From positions 274,660,001-274,724,000 of the forward strand of contig OZ024742.1 of assembly GCA_964016885.1 (NCBI GenBank): a stretch of DNA of 64,000 nt, given 5' to 3'. This DNA is from Eledone cirrhosa (Eukaryota). The position numbers and the translations under genes are program-made. This document shows, piece after piece, positions 39,554 through 54,694 of this stretch. Under the pieces are notes generated by a model, which was given only the letters and a program-made list of their open reading frames with translations, was not told the origin of the DNA and did no database searches. Position 1 is the first letter of the stretch. The number at the start of each line of letters is the position of its first letter.

Positions 39554-39683
39554 ATATTTAATATAGAAATGGCTTCTATAGGATTAGAACTGTTTCATTC
39601 GGGAGAAATCATCAGGAAGCCCTGATGGTTTCTTCAGAATGAAGCGGTTGTAGTCCTGTAGAAGCCATTTCTATATTAAATAT
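39554..39683. ncRNA. Foldback of two back-to-back degenerate hammerheads (minus 39571-39621; plus 39622-39666)
   Basis: Minus: ggcttc-CTGATGA-t-ttc(tccc)gaa-t-GAAA-cag(8)cta-TA-gaagcc; plus: CTGATGG...GAAG-cgg(8)ctg-TA-gaagcc; same family as 63834-63884. Confidence 0.75.
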
Positions 39684-39719
39684 ATATATATATAATGATA
39701 GGGAGTTGACGGACCCAGC

Positions 39720-42479
<2,760 letters not shown>

Positions 42480-42584
42480 TTTTTAGGAATGTTCGACTTT
42501 CGTCAAATCGGACCGAGGAAACAATGTTTCCGTTGGTCTTTCCAATTGCTAATACTATCTATCGGTCGCAACTCCAGGTAGAAG

Positions 42585-42685
42585 GATCAACGTGAAATAA
42601 AGTGTCTTGCTCAAGGACATAACGCCTCGCCTGGTCGAGGAATCGAACTCACAACCTTATCCCGTGCAACGCCGAGTACCACTGC
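42585..42685 (-). mobile_element. Fragment of a second tRNA-derived SINE family
   Basis: Minus strand: gtgagttcgattcct (B box) followed by tgtccttgagcaagacactt. Confidence 0.65.
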
Positions 42686-42759
42686 TAGTATATATATATA
42701 TATATAATATAAAACGAAAAATCAGTGATGTATCTGAACTCAATTTATTGTGTGTTACA

Positions 42760-43594
42760 ATATATATATATAGTAATAATTATATAATGGGTGAGTCTGA
42801 ATATAGATATTTAACGCAGTACCTCAAATGAAATATTTGGTGTTTTTTTCCGATGATATCCCTTATTCTATATTCGATTTTACTTTGCTGTTTATATTTA
42901 CTCAACATTAATTCCTTTGAATGGTTTGATTAATTATCGTAACACTTAAACCTATATTTGATATTTATTTTGCTGACTACTCTCATTCTTTGAAAATTAA
43001 TAGTTTATCTTTTTGACTGAATGACGCAGTCGATCTTTTGTTAAAAATATATTTTGGAGATGTATTTTCATATTCTTAAATTTATATTTGAATTGCACAC
43101 CCGCTCTTATTAACTTTGTAAACTATAGTAATGTTTATAATATATGTTTATTTACTACTTATGATATGTCTTGCACTATCCTTAACTTATTTATAGCAGC
43201 ATGTTTCTCTATACCAGCATGTTTTTAATATCTTTAATGCTTTTAGCTATTCCTAATATCATTTTATTGCATTTATATGCTCATATTTTTCGTATGCTTC
43301 TTCTACCTATGCTGTCTTCTCTCATATAAATATTGATACTTACGCTTACTTCCCATATTATGTAACCTCAAAATGTTCTTATGACAAACTTCTGATATTT
43401 TATTTGTGTTTTAACTTCTATTATATACTCCGATGGACCCGGCCTTGTGCTAGAATGAAACGTTAGTAAGTGATTAAATGTCCTAAACACTCTTTGATTG
43501 TTGTTTATAAAGTAATTCGGCTCTGTAATATATTTGTTATTTTACATTCAGCTATTCTCATATTAGTAATTGAATAATATTTAATATTACCCAC

Positions 43595-43597
<3 letters not shown>
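42760..43597 (+). mobile_element. AT-rich 3' region and terminus of a Penelope-like element with a degenerate hammerhead at 43426-43468
   Basis: tact-CCGATGG...gctagaat-GAAA-cg-TT-agta; downstream ttcggctctgt...tacatt.agctat is shared with the 12721-12840 terminus. Confidence 0.55.
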
Positions 43598-43665
<68 letters not shown>

Positions 43666-43899
43666 GTATGTATCTTCTTCTTATTCATCTTCTTGTCGTG
43701 GCATAATCCGTTGTTTTGCGGATTACGTGGGGCGCATGGTAATTATTTCTAAGCAGATGTGTGAGTTCTTTCTTCAACACTTCGCTTAAATGTTCAAACG
43801 CGTTGGCGTGTCGGATCGAGGGATGGATTTCAGAACCTATCTCGATGGCGTACCACGGCTTCGACGAGGGAAGCAGACCGTTGCGAAAAAAGGATAACG

Positions 43900-45790
43900 G
43901 CCAATGAAATACGGAACACAACGACAAGCTGCACGAGGGTCAAATCCCCTGGCTTTAGATGGTCTGCCTAACGAGCTTTACAAGAAATGCCAGATTTGCT
44001 CAGGGACATCTTAGCATACGTCTATGATAACTGTCAGCAGAACAGGAGAATTCCCAATTCTGTAAATCGATGAGCGGTTGAGCTGCTGAGAGAGGACCCG
44101 AACAAAGGGGACCACATAGACAAATTCAGGCCCATAAATCTGCTAAACACAGAGTTTAAAATTTTCGCCAAACTATTAGCAGCGAGTTTGGCGCTTATCG
44201 TCGTTGATCTGGTAGGGTAGCTGCAAAGATGTGATATTCTTGACAAGTCTACCTCTAACTCATGCGATACATCATAGAGACGGTGGCTAAGGAACCTGGC
44301 ACGAGTGGGACTATGACCAAGTTAGATCAATCAAATGCCTTCGATAATGTCGATCATCGTTACCTTGTGGCCGTCGTCATAGCAGCAGGCTTTGGACCCG
44401 TTTTCAGGAACTGGATCGCTGCAACGCACAGTGGCATTTGCTCTGTGGTTAGACTGACCTGTCACATTTCGGAACCATTCAACATCATGCGCTCGGTTGG
44501 CCAAGGTTGTCCCGTCTTGTCCCTTCTGTACGTGTTGACTCTTGAGCCATTACTACACATTTTGCAGACTTTGAATGGCATCACAAACGAACTAGGATAT
44601 GCTGACGGCATATGCTGATGACACCACTGTAGTTGTGTCGAACACTAAAAACATTGAGAAGATCGGCACCACTCCCAGGAAGTACCAAGTGGTAACAGGA
44701 GCAAAGGTCAACCAGCAAATGTCAGTGGACCTGCTGCACTTCAGCACTTGGAGAGACATGTCCATGCAGTCCAACAGTGTCGACGTTCGCTGGAGAGATG
44801 GACCTATTAAATTACTCAGGTCTGATTTAGAACGAAACTCCAGATGTACAAAATCTTTGATGATGTAATGTTCAAGGTGGCTTCTCTCACCCAGAAATGG
44901 GCCGAGAGGAAGCTATTCTTGAAAGGCCGGGGTGAACACTGATATTGCGTCCGTCATCTACTACCGCCTAGCCGTCGTGACTTCTCCTATCTCACGTCTG
45001 ACTCCTCTCGTTCGTCTACTCTTTTGCTGTTTTGTGGAGGAACCGGGTTCGACTAGTTAGGTGGTCCATCAGATCTCAGCATCCTACACATGCACGATTG
45101 GTTATACCGTGGTTGATAAAGCGAAAGCATGCGCTGTGGCCACGTCATCTCGAATTATTCCTAGATGGTGAACATGTATTCTCGCTGTACGCTAAAAATG
45201 TTTTTCCCCAGCTCATTTCCTTGATGGAGCTGCAATATTTGGTGAATGGAGAGAGAGAGGGAGCGTTTGGAGACTGGAATGTCTTCCGGCGCACACTGCC
45301 CTCAGCAAAATAACCATTACGATTGGTGGAAACTCCACCTCAGAGTTCTGTAAAGAGTTAGTGGAGGGTGTGAGCAATGGCGTTCATGGGGAAGCACTGG
45401 GCGTTGACGCAAATTAATTAGGTAATCTCTTCCAGAAGACTTTCACAACGTCCTCCTCCTTTAGAGAGGAAATACAAGCATTTATTATCTGCCTGATGGA
45501 CGTGGCGAAAGAGGTTGTGAAAAGGAAAATCAGGGTGGGGAGCGAAGTGCTGCCTTCCAGCCAGTTTGTTGAAAAGTGGGTGAGAGAGGCGAGAATGGCC
45601 CGTGTGAATGGGCCTACACTGAGCCTGTGCCTGTATCAAGATAGGAGGAAAGCTGGAAGAGGACGCTTGCCCTAGCGGTCAGGGTAACCGTGGCTTTTTT
45701 GTGGATTTTCTATACGTGTGACCCTGTGAAGTGTATCCCCTATAGGTGAATTTTTCCTAATTTTTTTTGTTACATTTGCCCATTTGTACT
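43900..45790 (+). mobile_element. Decayed Tx1-like ORF2 fragment plus 3'UTR
   Basis: KSPGLDGLP, FRPINLLNTEFKI, LDQSNAFD, QGCP, AYADD; internal deletions. Confidence 0.88.
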
Positions 45791-45794
45791 GCTC

Positions 45795-47260
45795 TGTATT
45801 ATCCATGCCGCCCAACAGAGTCGTCGGGCGCTGGACGGGCGGACCGGTTAAACTACTAGGTGTCTGGTTCGGTCCTGACCTCCAGACGGACAAAAACTGG
45901 GAGGAGGTCAGCAGCAAGGTGTTTTCTCTCACCCAGAAATGGGTAGAGAGGAAGCTATCCCTGAAAGGTCGAGGGGAGGTGGCGAATGCTTAAATCGTGT
46001 CCGTCATCTACTACCGCCTGACCGTTATGTCTTGTCCTAAGCCGCGCCTGACTGCACTGGAGCGTTTGCTCTTTCGTTTTTTGGGGAAGGGACGTACTCC
46101 GATGGTCAGGTGGTCCATCTGCTGTCAACAACCGCTACGCGTAGGGCAGGGCATGCCGTGGCTGGTGATGCGCAGACATGCGCTCAGACTACGATATCTC
46201 CACCTCTTCCTCGATGGTGATCAGGTGTGGTCGCCCTTTGCTAGACACACGTTTCCCCAGCTTGTCTCCTTGGCGGATCTGCAGTCCTAGGTCAAGCGAA
46301 GAAGCGAAGACCGAGAGGAAGCGCTTGAAGATTAGAATGTCTTCAGGCGCTTACAGCCCTCGACCAGTCGAGCCATACATTCGCTGGAAACTCCACCTTG
46401 ACTTTCTATAGAGGATTAGTTGAAGGAAAGAGCAACGACTTCCTTGGGGAAACTCTAGGCGTCGATGAAAACCAACTAGCCAATCTCCTCGAGAGAACCT
46501 TTGGGCCGGGGTCCATAGACAACTTCTAGAAATCCCTAGCTTGGTAGTGCTACCGAGGAGCTTTGCCAGTTCGGGATAAACTCTACAGGCATGGAAGTGC
46601 CGTCAGCCGAGCCTGTCCGAGATGCGCACGGGGCGATGAAACCATGCTGCACGCACTCGTCCAGTGTCCGAGCATTGCTGATTTGTGGGTTTATGCAGAA
46701 CACCTGCTGTCACGTGTAGAACGGATCCGGCTATCAGCTGAGTCCATCGTGAAGATTTCCCCACCACCTTCCTTTAGCCGAGAAGGGCAGGCAGTTTTTA
46801 TCTGCCTGGTGGCCATGGTAAAAGAAATTGTATGGTGGACAAGTCTGAAAGGTTTGAGGACCGGTACTTTCCTCTTCGGTGACGCCCTCATTAACTTTTT
46901 CAGGATTCACCTGAAGAGGAAAATCAGGGTGGAGTGGGAAGTGCTGACCTCCAGCCAGTTTGTTGAAAGGTGGGTGAGAGACGCAAGAATGGCCCTTATG
47001 AATGGGTCTAACCTGAGCGTAGCCTGTAGCATTGTAGGAGGAAAACTGGAAGAAGGCATTTGCCCTAGCGTTTAGGGTAACGGTGGCTTTTCTTGTGGGC
47101 ATTCTCCACGAGCAACCCTCGGAGGTCTCCCCTCTATTGGGAATTTTTCATTGTTTCCTTTTGTCACACTCTGTTTTTGTTTTTTTTATACGCAGAAGTG
47201 CCCATTTGTATTGTCCTGTGTTATCCTTAATGTTATACTTTGTCGGTCAATAAAGGAAGC
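45795..47260 (+). mobile_element. Tx1-like 3' third (post-RT to 3'UTR) with an (ATT)n tail
   Basis: VVGRWTGGPVKLLGVWFGPDL...PVRDKLYRHGSAVSRACPRC...; aataaaggaagc(att)n. Confidence 0.9.
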
Positions 47261-47289
47261 ATTATTATTATTATCATCATTATTATAAT

Positions 47290-49795
47290 TATGGGCATTT
47301 CTGCGTGTAAAATAAAAAAAACAGAGGACGTACCAAATAAGAACAATGAAACATTCCCCAATAGGGGGGGGGGGGACTTCCGTGGGCCATTGTGGAGAAA
47401 GCCCATTAAAAAAGACACGGTGACCCTGACCACCAGGGCCAGTGCCCTCTCCCAGTTTTTCACCTTCAATTTACAGGCACATACTCAAGGTAGGCCCATT
47501 CATTTGGGCTATTCTTGTCTCCCTCACCCATCTTTCAACAGAATGCTGGGAAGAGAGCACTTCGCTCTCTACCCTGATATTCCTTTTCAAATGAAATTTG
47601 AAAAAGTTAATCATGGCATCACCGAAGAGGTAAGTGCTCGTCTTCAGCACTTTCAGACGCGTCCACCATACTATCTCATTCGCCATAGCCACCAGACAGA
47701 TACAAACAGCCTGCCCTTCCCGGCTAAAGGAAGAGGGTGGGGCAATCCTCATGATGGACTCAGCTGCTACACACGACAGCAGATGTTCGACATAAACGGC
47801 ACTTCCATGACTGTAGAGTTTATCCCGAACTGGCAAAGCCACTCGGTAGCACTGCCAGGCCAGGGATTTCTGGAAGTTGTCCATAGGCCTGACCCGAAAG
47901 TTCTTCCGAAGAGATTGGCTAGTTGATTTTCGTCGACGCCTAGAGTTTCCCCAAGTACGTCGTCGCTCTTCCCCTCCACTAATCCTCTCTAGAACGCCAA
48001 GCTGGAGTTTCCACCGATCACTTTGCCCGACTGGTCGAGGCCAGTGAACGCCTGAAGACATGCCAATCTCCAAGCGCTGCCTCTCGGTCTTCGCTTGACC
48101 CAGGACTGCAGCTCCGTCAAGGAGACGAGCTAGGGAAAGACGTGTCTAGCAAACGGCGACCACACCAGATCACCGTCGAGGAAGACGTGGAGATGTCGAA
48201 GCCTGAGCGCGTGTCTGCGCATCATCAGCCATGTCATGCCCAGCCCTCCACGTAGCGGGTGTTGACAGCAGATGGACCGCCAGACCATCGGAGCGCGCCC
48301 CTTCCACAAAAAGCGAAAGAGCAAACGCTCCAGCGGAGTCAGACGAGGTTTATGACAAGGCACGACGGTCAGGAGGTAGTAGATGACGGACGCGATGTAC
48401 GCATTCGCCACCTCCGCTCCACATTTCAGGGATAGCTTCCTCTCTGCCCATTTCTGGGTGAGAGAAGCCCCCCTGCTCGTCACCTAGTCCCAGTTTTTGT
48501 CCATCTGGAGGTCCGGACTGAACCAGACACCTAGCAATGTAACCGGTCCGTCAGTACAGCGCCTGACGATGCTGTTGGACGACAAGGACATGCCATCTCC
48601 AGGTGCCGAGCTGCAGGCCCACCGACTTTTCCTAGTTGATCATTGCTCCTGTCACCGCTTGGTATTCTCTTAATATAGTGCCGATCACCTCGATGTGTTT
48701 GGTGTTCGACACCACTAGGGTGACATCGTCTACATATGCTGAAACTGATCTTCCGCATCCTAGTTCGCGCGGGAGCTCTCTCAAAGTCTCCAGTTTGTGC
48801 AGTAATGGCTCGAGAGTCAATACATACAAGAGGGACGAGAGGAGGACATCCTTGGCGGACAGAGCGCATGATGTTGAACGGTTCCGAAAGGTGACCGTTC
48901 ACTCTCACCACAGAGCAGATGTCACTGTGCATGGCAGCGATCCAGCCTCTGAAGACTGCCGCCAGATAACGATGGTCGACGCTTTCGAAAGCTTTAGACT
49001 GATTTAAATTGATGAAGGAACCACCCGTGCCAGGTTCCCTAGCTACGCTCTCCACGATGTATCGCATGAGATGGAGGTTGTCGTGGATGGATCTGTCGGG
49101 AATGGCGCATGTCTGCGCCTCTCCCACCAGACCACCAACAGCATGCGCCAAACTCTTTGCTAGCACCTTGGCCAAAATCTTGAAGTCTGTGTTTAGCAGA
49201 GTTATGGGCCTGAAATTATATATGTTATCCCCCTTGTTCGGATCCTTTCTCTGCAGCGCCACCACTCCTCGGCTCACAGAACTGGGAATTCTCCCGTTCT
49301 GTTGCCACTTGCAATTGACGTCCGCCAAGAGGCCTCCGAACAAGTCTGTCATCTGTACGTAAAGTTCATAGGGCAGACCATCCAAACCAGGAAATTTACG
49401 CCTTGTGCAGCCAGTCATTGCCTCCCGTAATTCAGCGGCTGTTATCGGCTTTTCGCAACACTCCGCCTCAGTAGCCGAGAGCCGCGGCAGTCCGTCGAAG
49501 TAGACATTAAAGTCCATCCCCCGATCCGGTGCGCCGCTGTCCCCGAACAGCTGAGTGAAGTGTCGCTGAAAAGCATCACTCATTTGCCCGGGATCGAGTA
49601 GCATGCGCCCGTCGTGGTCCACCAAAGACCGGATCGTGGCTTTGTTGCCAAGACACGCCCCCGCCACTCAGGCCCTTTGAACGGCTTTCGATCCCTCGTG
49701 TCTGAGAGCGCGGACCCTGGCTCTGACAACGCAGCCTTCATGCTTTGCATTGAAGAATTGGTGAAGGGCCAATTTCGCCGCTAGTACGTCGCGAT
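47290..49795 (-). mobile_element. Tx1-like ORF2 (RT to 3'UTR), decayed, tail-to-tail with the previous copy
   Basis: ORFs 48531..49667, 48130..48483 and 47471..48073 are homologous to 5447-8869. Confidence 0.92.
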
Positions 49796-49799
49796 GCCT

Positions 49800-52010
49800 T
49801 TACTAAGCGAACGAAAACATCAATAATAACAACAGTAACAGCAGCAACAATATCAACGGAAACAACAAGAGTAACAACATCAATAACAGTAACAAAGCTC
49901 ACAGCACCAACAAGACCATTCGCAGCAATAGCGACAGCGAAAATGGCGTCGCTGAAAAAGGGGCCACTTCTTTTGCAGGTGTAGCCCAATATATAGAAAC
50001 AGTGCTAATCACGCAGGAGGAGATGGCTGCAAGGTCACAGCAACACCGCAACCATCAACACCACAAGCATCACCACAAACAACAACTACACCAGTACCAG
50101 CATCACCAAAAACACCAATATCGCAAACGCAACATGCACGCATACCCAACAGCAGCAACGAGAAAACAGCAATGATCCAAACACTCCAAAACACATTACA
50201 CAGACATAAACATGACAAATAAAGAACTCATAGAATATATAAAGCCGCACACAGACATTACAGACATAAATTACTAACCCAAGCCAACACTAAGGACATT
50301 ACCAAAAAATATAAACATTATTATAATTAAAATAGGTCATTATAAACAATTAAAAAAAAAAATCCCCCAACGCAATTGGAGAATTCAGAGGGTCGGTTAC
50401 CAACAGGATATACACCGACATCATCTTGGAGACCTCCCATGCCCAGCCAAAGAGACGGTTCAACTGTCCCTTTCCCACATGATCAGAGTAGGTGATCCTT
50501 TCTCACTTACTCCATTCCTCACCCAACATGGACTTACTTAGAATAGGCAGTATAGATGTACCTCGCCTGGGGTCGTCTTGGAAGCAGGGCCACCTACTTA
50601 ACGATCTCCGGTCACTAAAGATTGATGTGGTGGCTATCAGCGATACAAGAACTTCCGAAGCACGAAACTTCGCACCGATCTACGGTGGCTACGGTGTATA
50701 CACATCTCCCAGCCGCCCAGAAGTGGGGGTGGAGTTTCTGTGCTTTTTCGGAGAGGCTTGGATCTCGATATGCTGGCCAACTTCCTGTACCTAGAAGGTA
50801 AGTCGGTGGGGCTTCACGTGACCGGCAGCGAAGGCAATGCTTTCAGGCTCGTAGCCATCTAAGCCCCAACAGGAGTAGGACGGCCAAATTTCTTCAGACG
50901 GCTAGAGACCTTTCTTGGAACGTCCCGCTCTTTAGTGTTAGTGATTGACTGGAACGGTATATTAGGTGCACGCTGAGATTATTTGGGGCTAGTAAATGAG
51001 GATGTAAAAGCCTCACCAACCTGCTTAGATGTTTTCAACTGTCTGAGAGCTGTCAACTCGATTATCCGAATATGCAAATGTGGACATGGTCAAACAGCAT
51101 CGCGTCATCCAGATTGTATCTAGATAGAGTATTCTGTAGGGAAACAGATAAGGCTCGCATAGGTTGTCCACAATTTAAAGTAGTCGATCACACGGTCGAC
51201 AAATTTGTGATCTGTGAAGTCGACTCAGATAGACTTCATAGGCCAGGACCCGGTTACTGGAAGCTGAACGCGTCTTTCCCGTCGCGCAAAGCTTTAAGAG
51301 ACGGGATAAGCTAATTAGTTAAGCGTGAGTTGAGCGGTGCGATCGTCAACAAGAGATGGTGATTACCCTGAAAAGGGCGATTAGAGTAGAATCGATAAAG
51401 CTTAGCAAAGGTGTAACGATAGAGAAAAATAGGGTAAATCGCCAGGTTTGGTTGGCTTGTCCTACGAGCATGATAGGTAAATGCCAGACTTGTTCGGCGA
51501 CTTATTGGCAGATATCTGCTGCAACTGGTAGCACAACGAGAGCATTCCCAGTTTTGTGAGCCGGGGAGCGGTGGCGCTGTTGAGAAGAGACCCAAACAAA
51601 GGGTACGTTATAGACAACTTCAGGCTATAACGCTCTTAAACGCAGATTTTAAAATTTTGGTCAAGGTGTTAGCAAAGAGATTGCCTTTGTCGTGGATGAT
51701 CTAGTGGGAGATGCTCAGAAATGTGCCATTCTAGACAGATCCATGCACGACAACCTCCATTTCGTGCCATAGATCTTAGAGAGGGTTGTTAAGGAACATC
51801 GCACGAGTGAGTCTCTGATAAACTTGGATCAATCCAAGGCATTTGATAGGTTTGACCATCGTACCTGGCGGCGGTCTTCGAAGCGGCCGGTTTCGGGCCT
51901 ATTTTCAGGGGTTGGATCGCTGCGTTGCACAATGAATTCTCCTCAGTTGTGATGGTGACAGGTCATCTGTCACAGCCATTCAGCAACATGCGTTTGGTCC
52001 ACCAGGGATT
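49800..52010 (+). mobile_element. Decayed Tx1-like copy: ORF1 scraps, endonuclease and partial RT
   Basis: MDLLRIGSIDV..LGSSWKQGHLLNDLRSL; GPGYWKLN; degenerate RT motifs to ~52000. Confidence 0.85.
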
Positions 52011-54465
52011 CCCGGCCCTCGAAATGTCCTGGCTAATGGCTGCCGTCCTCGCCGGCATCGAGGCCAACACCAAAATAATTGAAATATGAAAAGAAAAGCA
52101 AGAGAACTGGTCCGGATCTGGGATGGAGCTCCTGATCCAAGCGGACCAAAAAAGCATTCAGGAAATCCCAGAGGTAATAGACCTCACGGACAGCAGCCAC
52201 CTCACCATAATCGTCGAGGGTAGAAGGCCTTGGTGTCTCGTTTTTTGGTGAAGAAACCCACCTGACGGCTTTCTGCCCTCAGGCTAAAAAGTTGAGGGAA
52301 CCTCCCTTACCCACCCCAGTGACTCAACTATAAACACCACCGCAGCAGAAATGGCAGCAACAACTGTAGCAGCAACAACAGAAGCAACTGTAGCAGCAAC
52401 AACCCCAGCAACAGTAGCAATACCAATAACGCCAGAACTAGCACCAGTGCCTCCACCATCCACCACGCCACAACCAAATCCAACGCCTGTGGAGGATTTT
52501 CCACTCCCCGACCTATCGCAACTGGAGACAGATTTTGACGACGAGGAGTGGAAAACTGTATCAGGAAAAAATAAAAAAATAAAAATAAGCCAAAAAACCG
52601 CTTCCTTCCCCCTTCAAAAAAAAATAGAGAGGGAAACAAATAAACTATCAAACAAAAAAGTTAGGACAGCTATGCCCCCATCCACACCAGCATCACTAAC
52701 CCCATCACCACAAACACCAACACCATCACCGTCATTAACCCCAACACCACCATCACCAACACGACACTAAAACAAAAATTCCCCAAAGACATCGGAGACT
52801 TCCGACAAACACTCTCCAGGAGGATATATAAGGACTTCCTTCCGGAGGGGAGCACAAGCAGTGAAAAGGATGGAGAAACCATCCTTCCTTTAAGAGACGT
52901 AAGGTAAGTGGTCTTTCCCATCTTCTCCACTCCTTTTCAACATGACCTCACTCACAATAGGCAGCATAAATTCGCGTGGCTTGGGGTCGTCACGGACCAG
53001 AATCTCCGAAGCACGGGCCTTCGCACCGATCTTCGGCGGCTACGATGTGTACGCATCACCCAGTCGTCCTGGATCGGGGGGAGGAGTTGCTGTGCTTTTT
53101 CGGAGAGGTTTGGATCTCGCCATACGGGCCATCTTCCTGGACCCAGAAGGTAAGTTGGTGGTGTTGGACGTGACCAGCGGAGACGGGCAAGCTTTGAGGC
53201 TAGTGGCCGCCTATGCTCCGACCGGAACAGGGCGGCCTGATTTCTTCCGGCGTCTGGAGACCTTTCTTGAAACTTCCCGCTCTTTAGTGTTAGTGGGCGA
53301 CTGGAACGGGATCTTAAATGCACACTGGGAGTGTGTGTGATTAGACGATAGGGGAGGAGTTTGCCAAAGCCTCACCAACATGCTCAGGCGTTTTGAACTA
53401 TCTGACAGGTACCGATTGGATTTCCCGAATGTATCAATGTGAACTTGGACAAACCGTCGGGTCATCCAGATCATATCTAGATAGAGTATTTTGTAGTGAA
53501 ATAGATAGGTATAGCATAGGCTGTCCACATTTCAAGATAGTCAGCTACACGGACCACAAATTCGTGATTTGTGTGCTTGACTTAGATAGGCTTCATAGAC
53601 GAGGACCCGGCTACTGGAATCTAAACGCTTCCTTACCAGCGCGCAAGGCCTACAGAGACCGGATTAGCTAACTAGTTCAGCGGGCGTTGACGGGGGCCAT
53701 CGTCAACAACAAGTGGTGATTTGCTCTGAAAAGAGCGATTAGAATAGAGTCCATTAGGTTTAGTAAGGCTTTAGCTATAGAGAAAAATAGAGCAGAGGGA
53801 GAACTAGTTAGAAAATTAGACGAGGCGCTTAGCAAAGTTACCGCGACCGACGTACCTGCGGAGAAATTGGCCTTTGACCAATTCTTCAATAGGCTGCGTT
53901 GTCAAAGCTAGAGTGCGTGCTCTCAGACACGAGGGGACGAAAGCCGTTGAATGGGCCCGAGTGGCGGAGGCGTGTTGTGGCTACAAAGCCACGATCCGGT
54001 CTTTGGTGGACCACGACGGGCGCATGCTTGAAAGGGCTGAAGATGAGCACTTACCTCTTCGGTGATGCCCAGATTAACTTTTTCAAATTTCATTTGAAAA
54101 GGAAAATCAGGGTAGAGAGGGAAGTGCTCTCTTCCCAGCATTTTGTTGAAAGATGGGTGAGAGAAGCAAGTATGGCCCGAATGAATGGGCCTACTCTGAG
54201 TATGTGTCTGTAAATTAAAGGTGGAAAACTGTGAGAGGATACTTGCCCTGGTGGTCAGGGTCACTGTGGCCTTTTAATGGGCTTTCTCCACGAATGTCCA
54301 TCCGAAGTCTCCCCCCTATTGGGGAATTTTTCATTTTTTTTGTTTGTTACATCCTCTGTTTTTGTTTTTTTACACGCAGAAATGCCCATTTGTACCGTCC
54401 TGTATTGTCCTGTATTGTCCTTAGTGTCTACTTTATGTAAACCCTTGTGGTTAATAAAGAACGCA
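52010..54465 (+). mobile_element. Tx1-like copy with ORF1 remnant, endonuclease and a large internal deletion removing RT
   Basis: MTSLTIGSINSRGLG...AYAPTG...GDWNG; jump near 54030 from HDGRML to LKGLKMSTYLFGD; 3'UTR and (ATT)n tail. Confidence 0.88.
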
Positions 54466-54599
54466 TTATTATTATTATTACTATTATTATTTTTCCCTTC
54501 CTCCACTCTCTTCTTGTTCTATATATTTTCGAGAATATTCCATCAGATTTGTTAAGAAATATTATGTAGCTTCGGGAACTCATACACCCCCCCCCCCCC

Positions 54600-54669
<70 letters not shown>

Positions 54670-54694
54670 TATATATATATATATATATATATAT

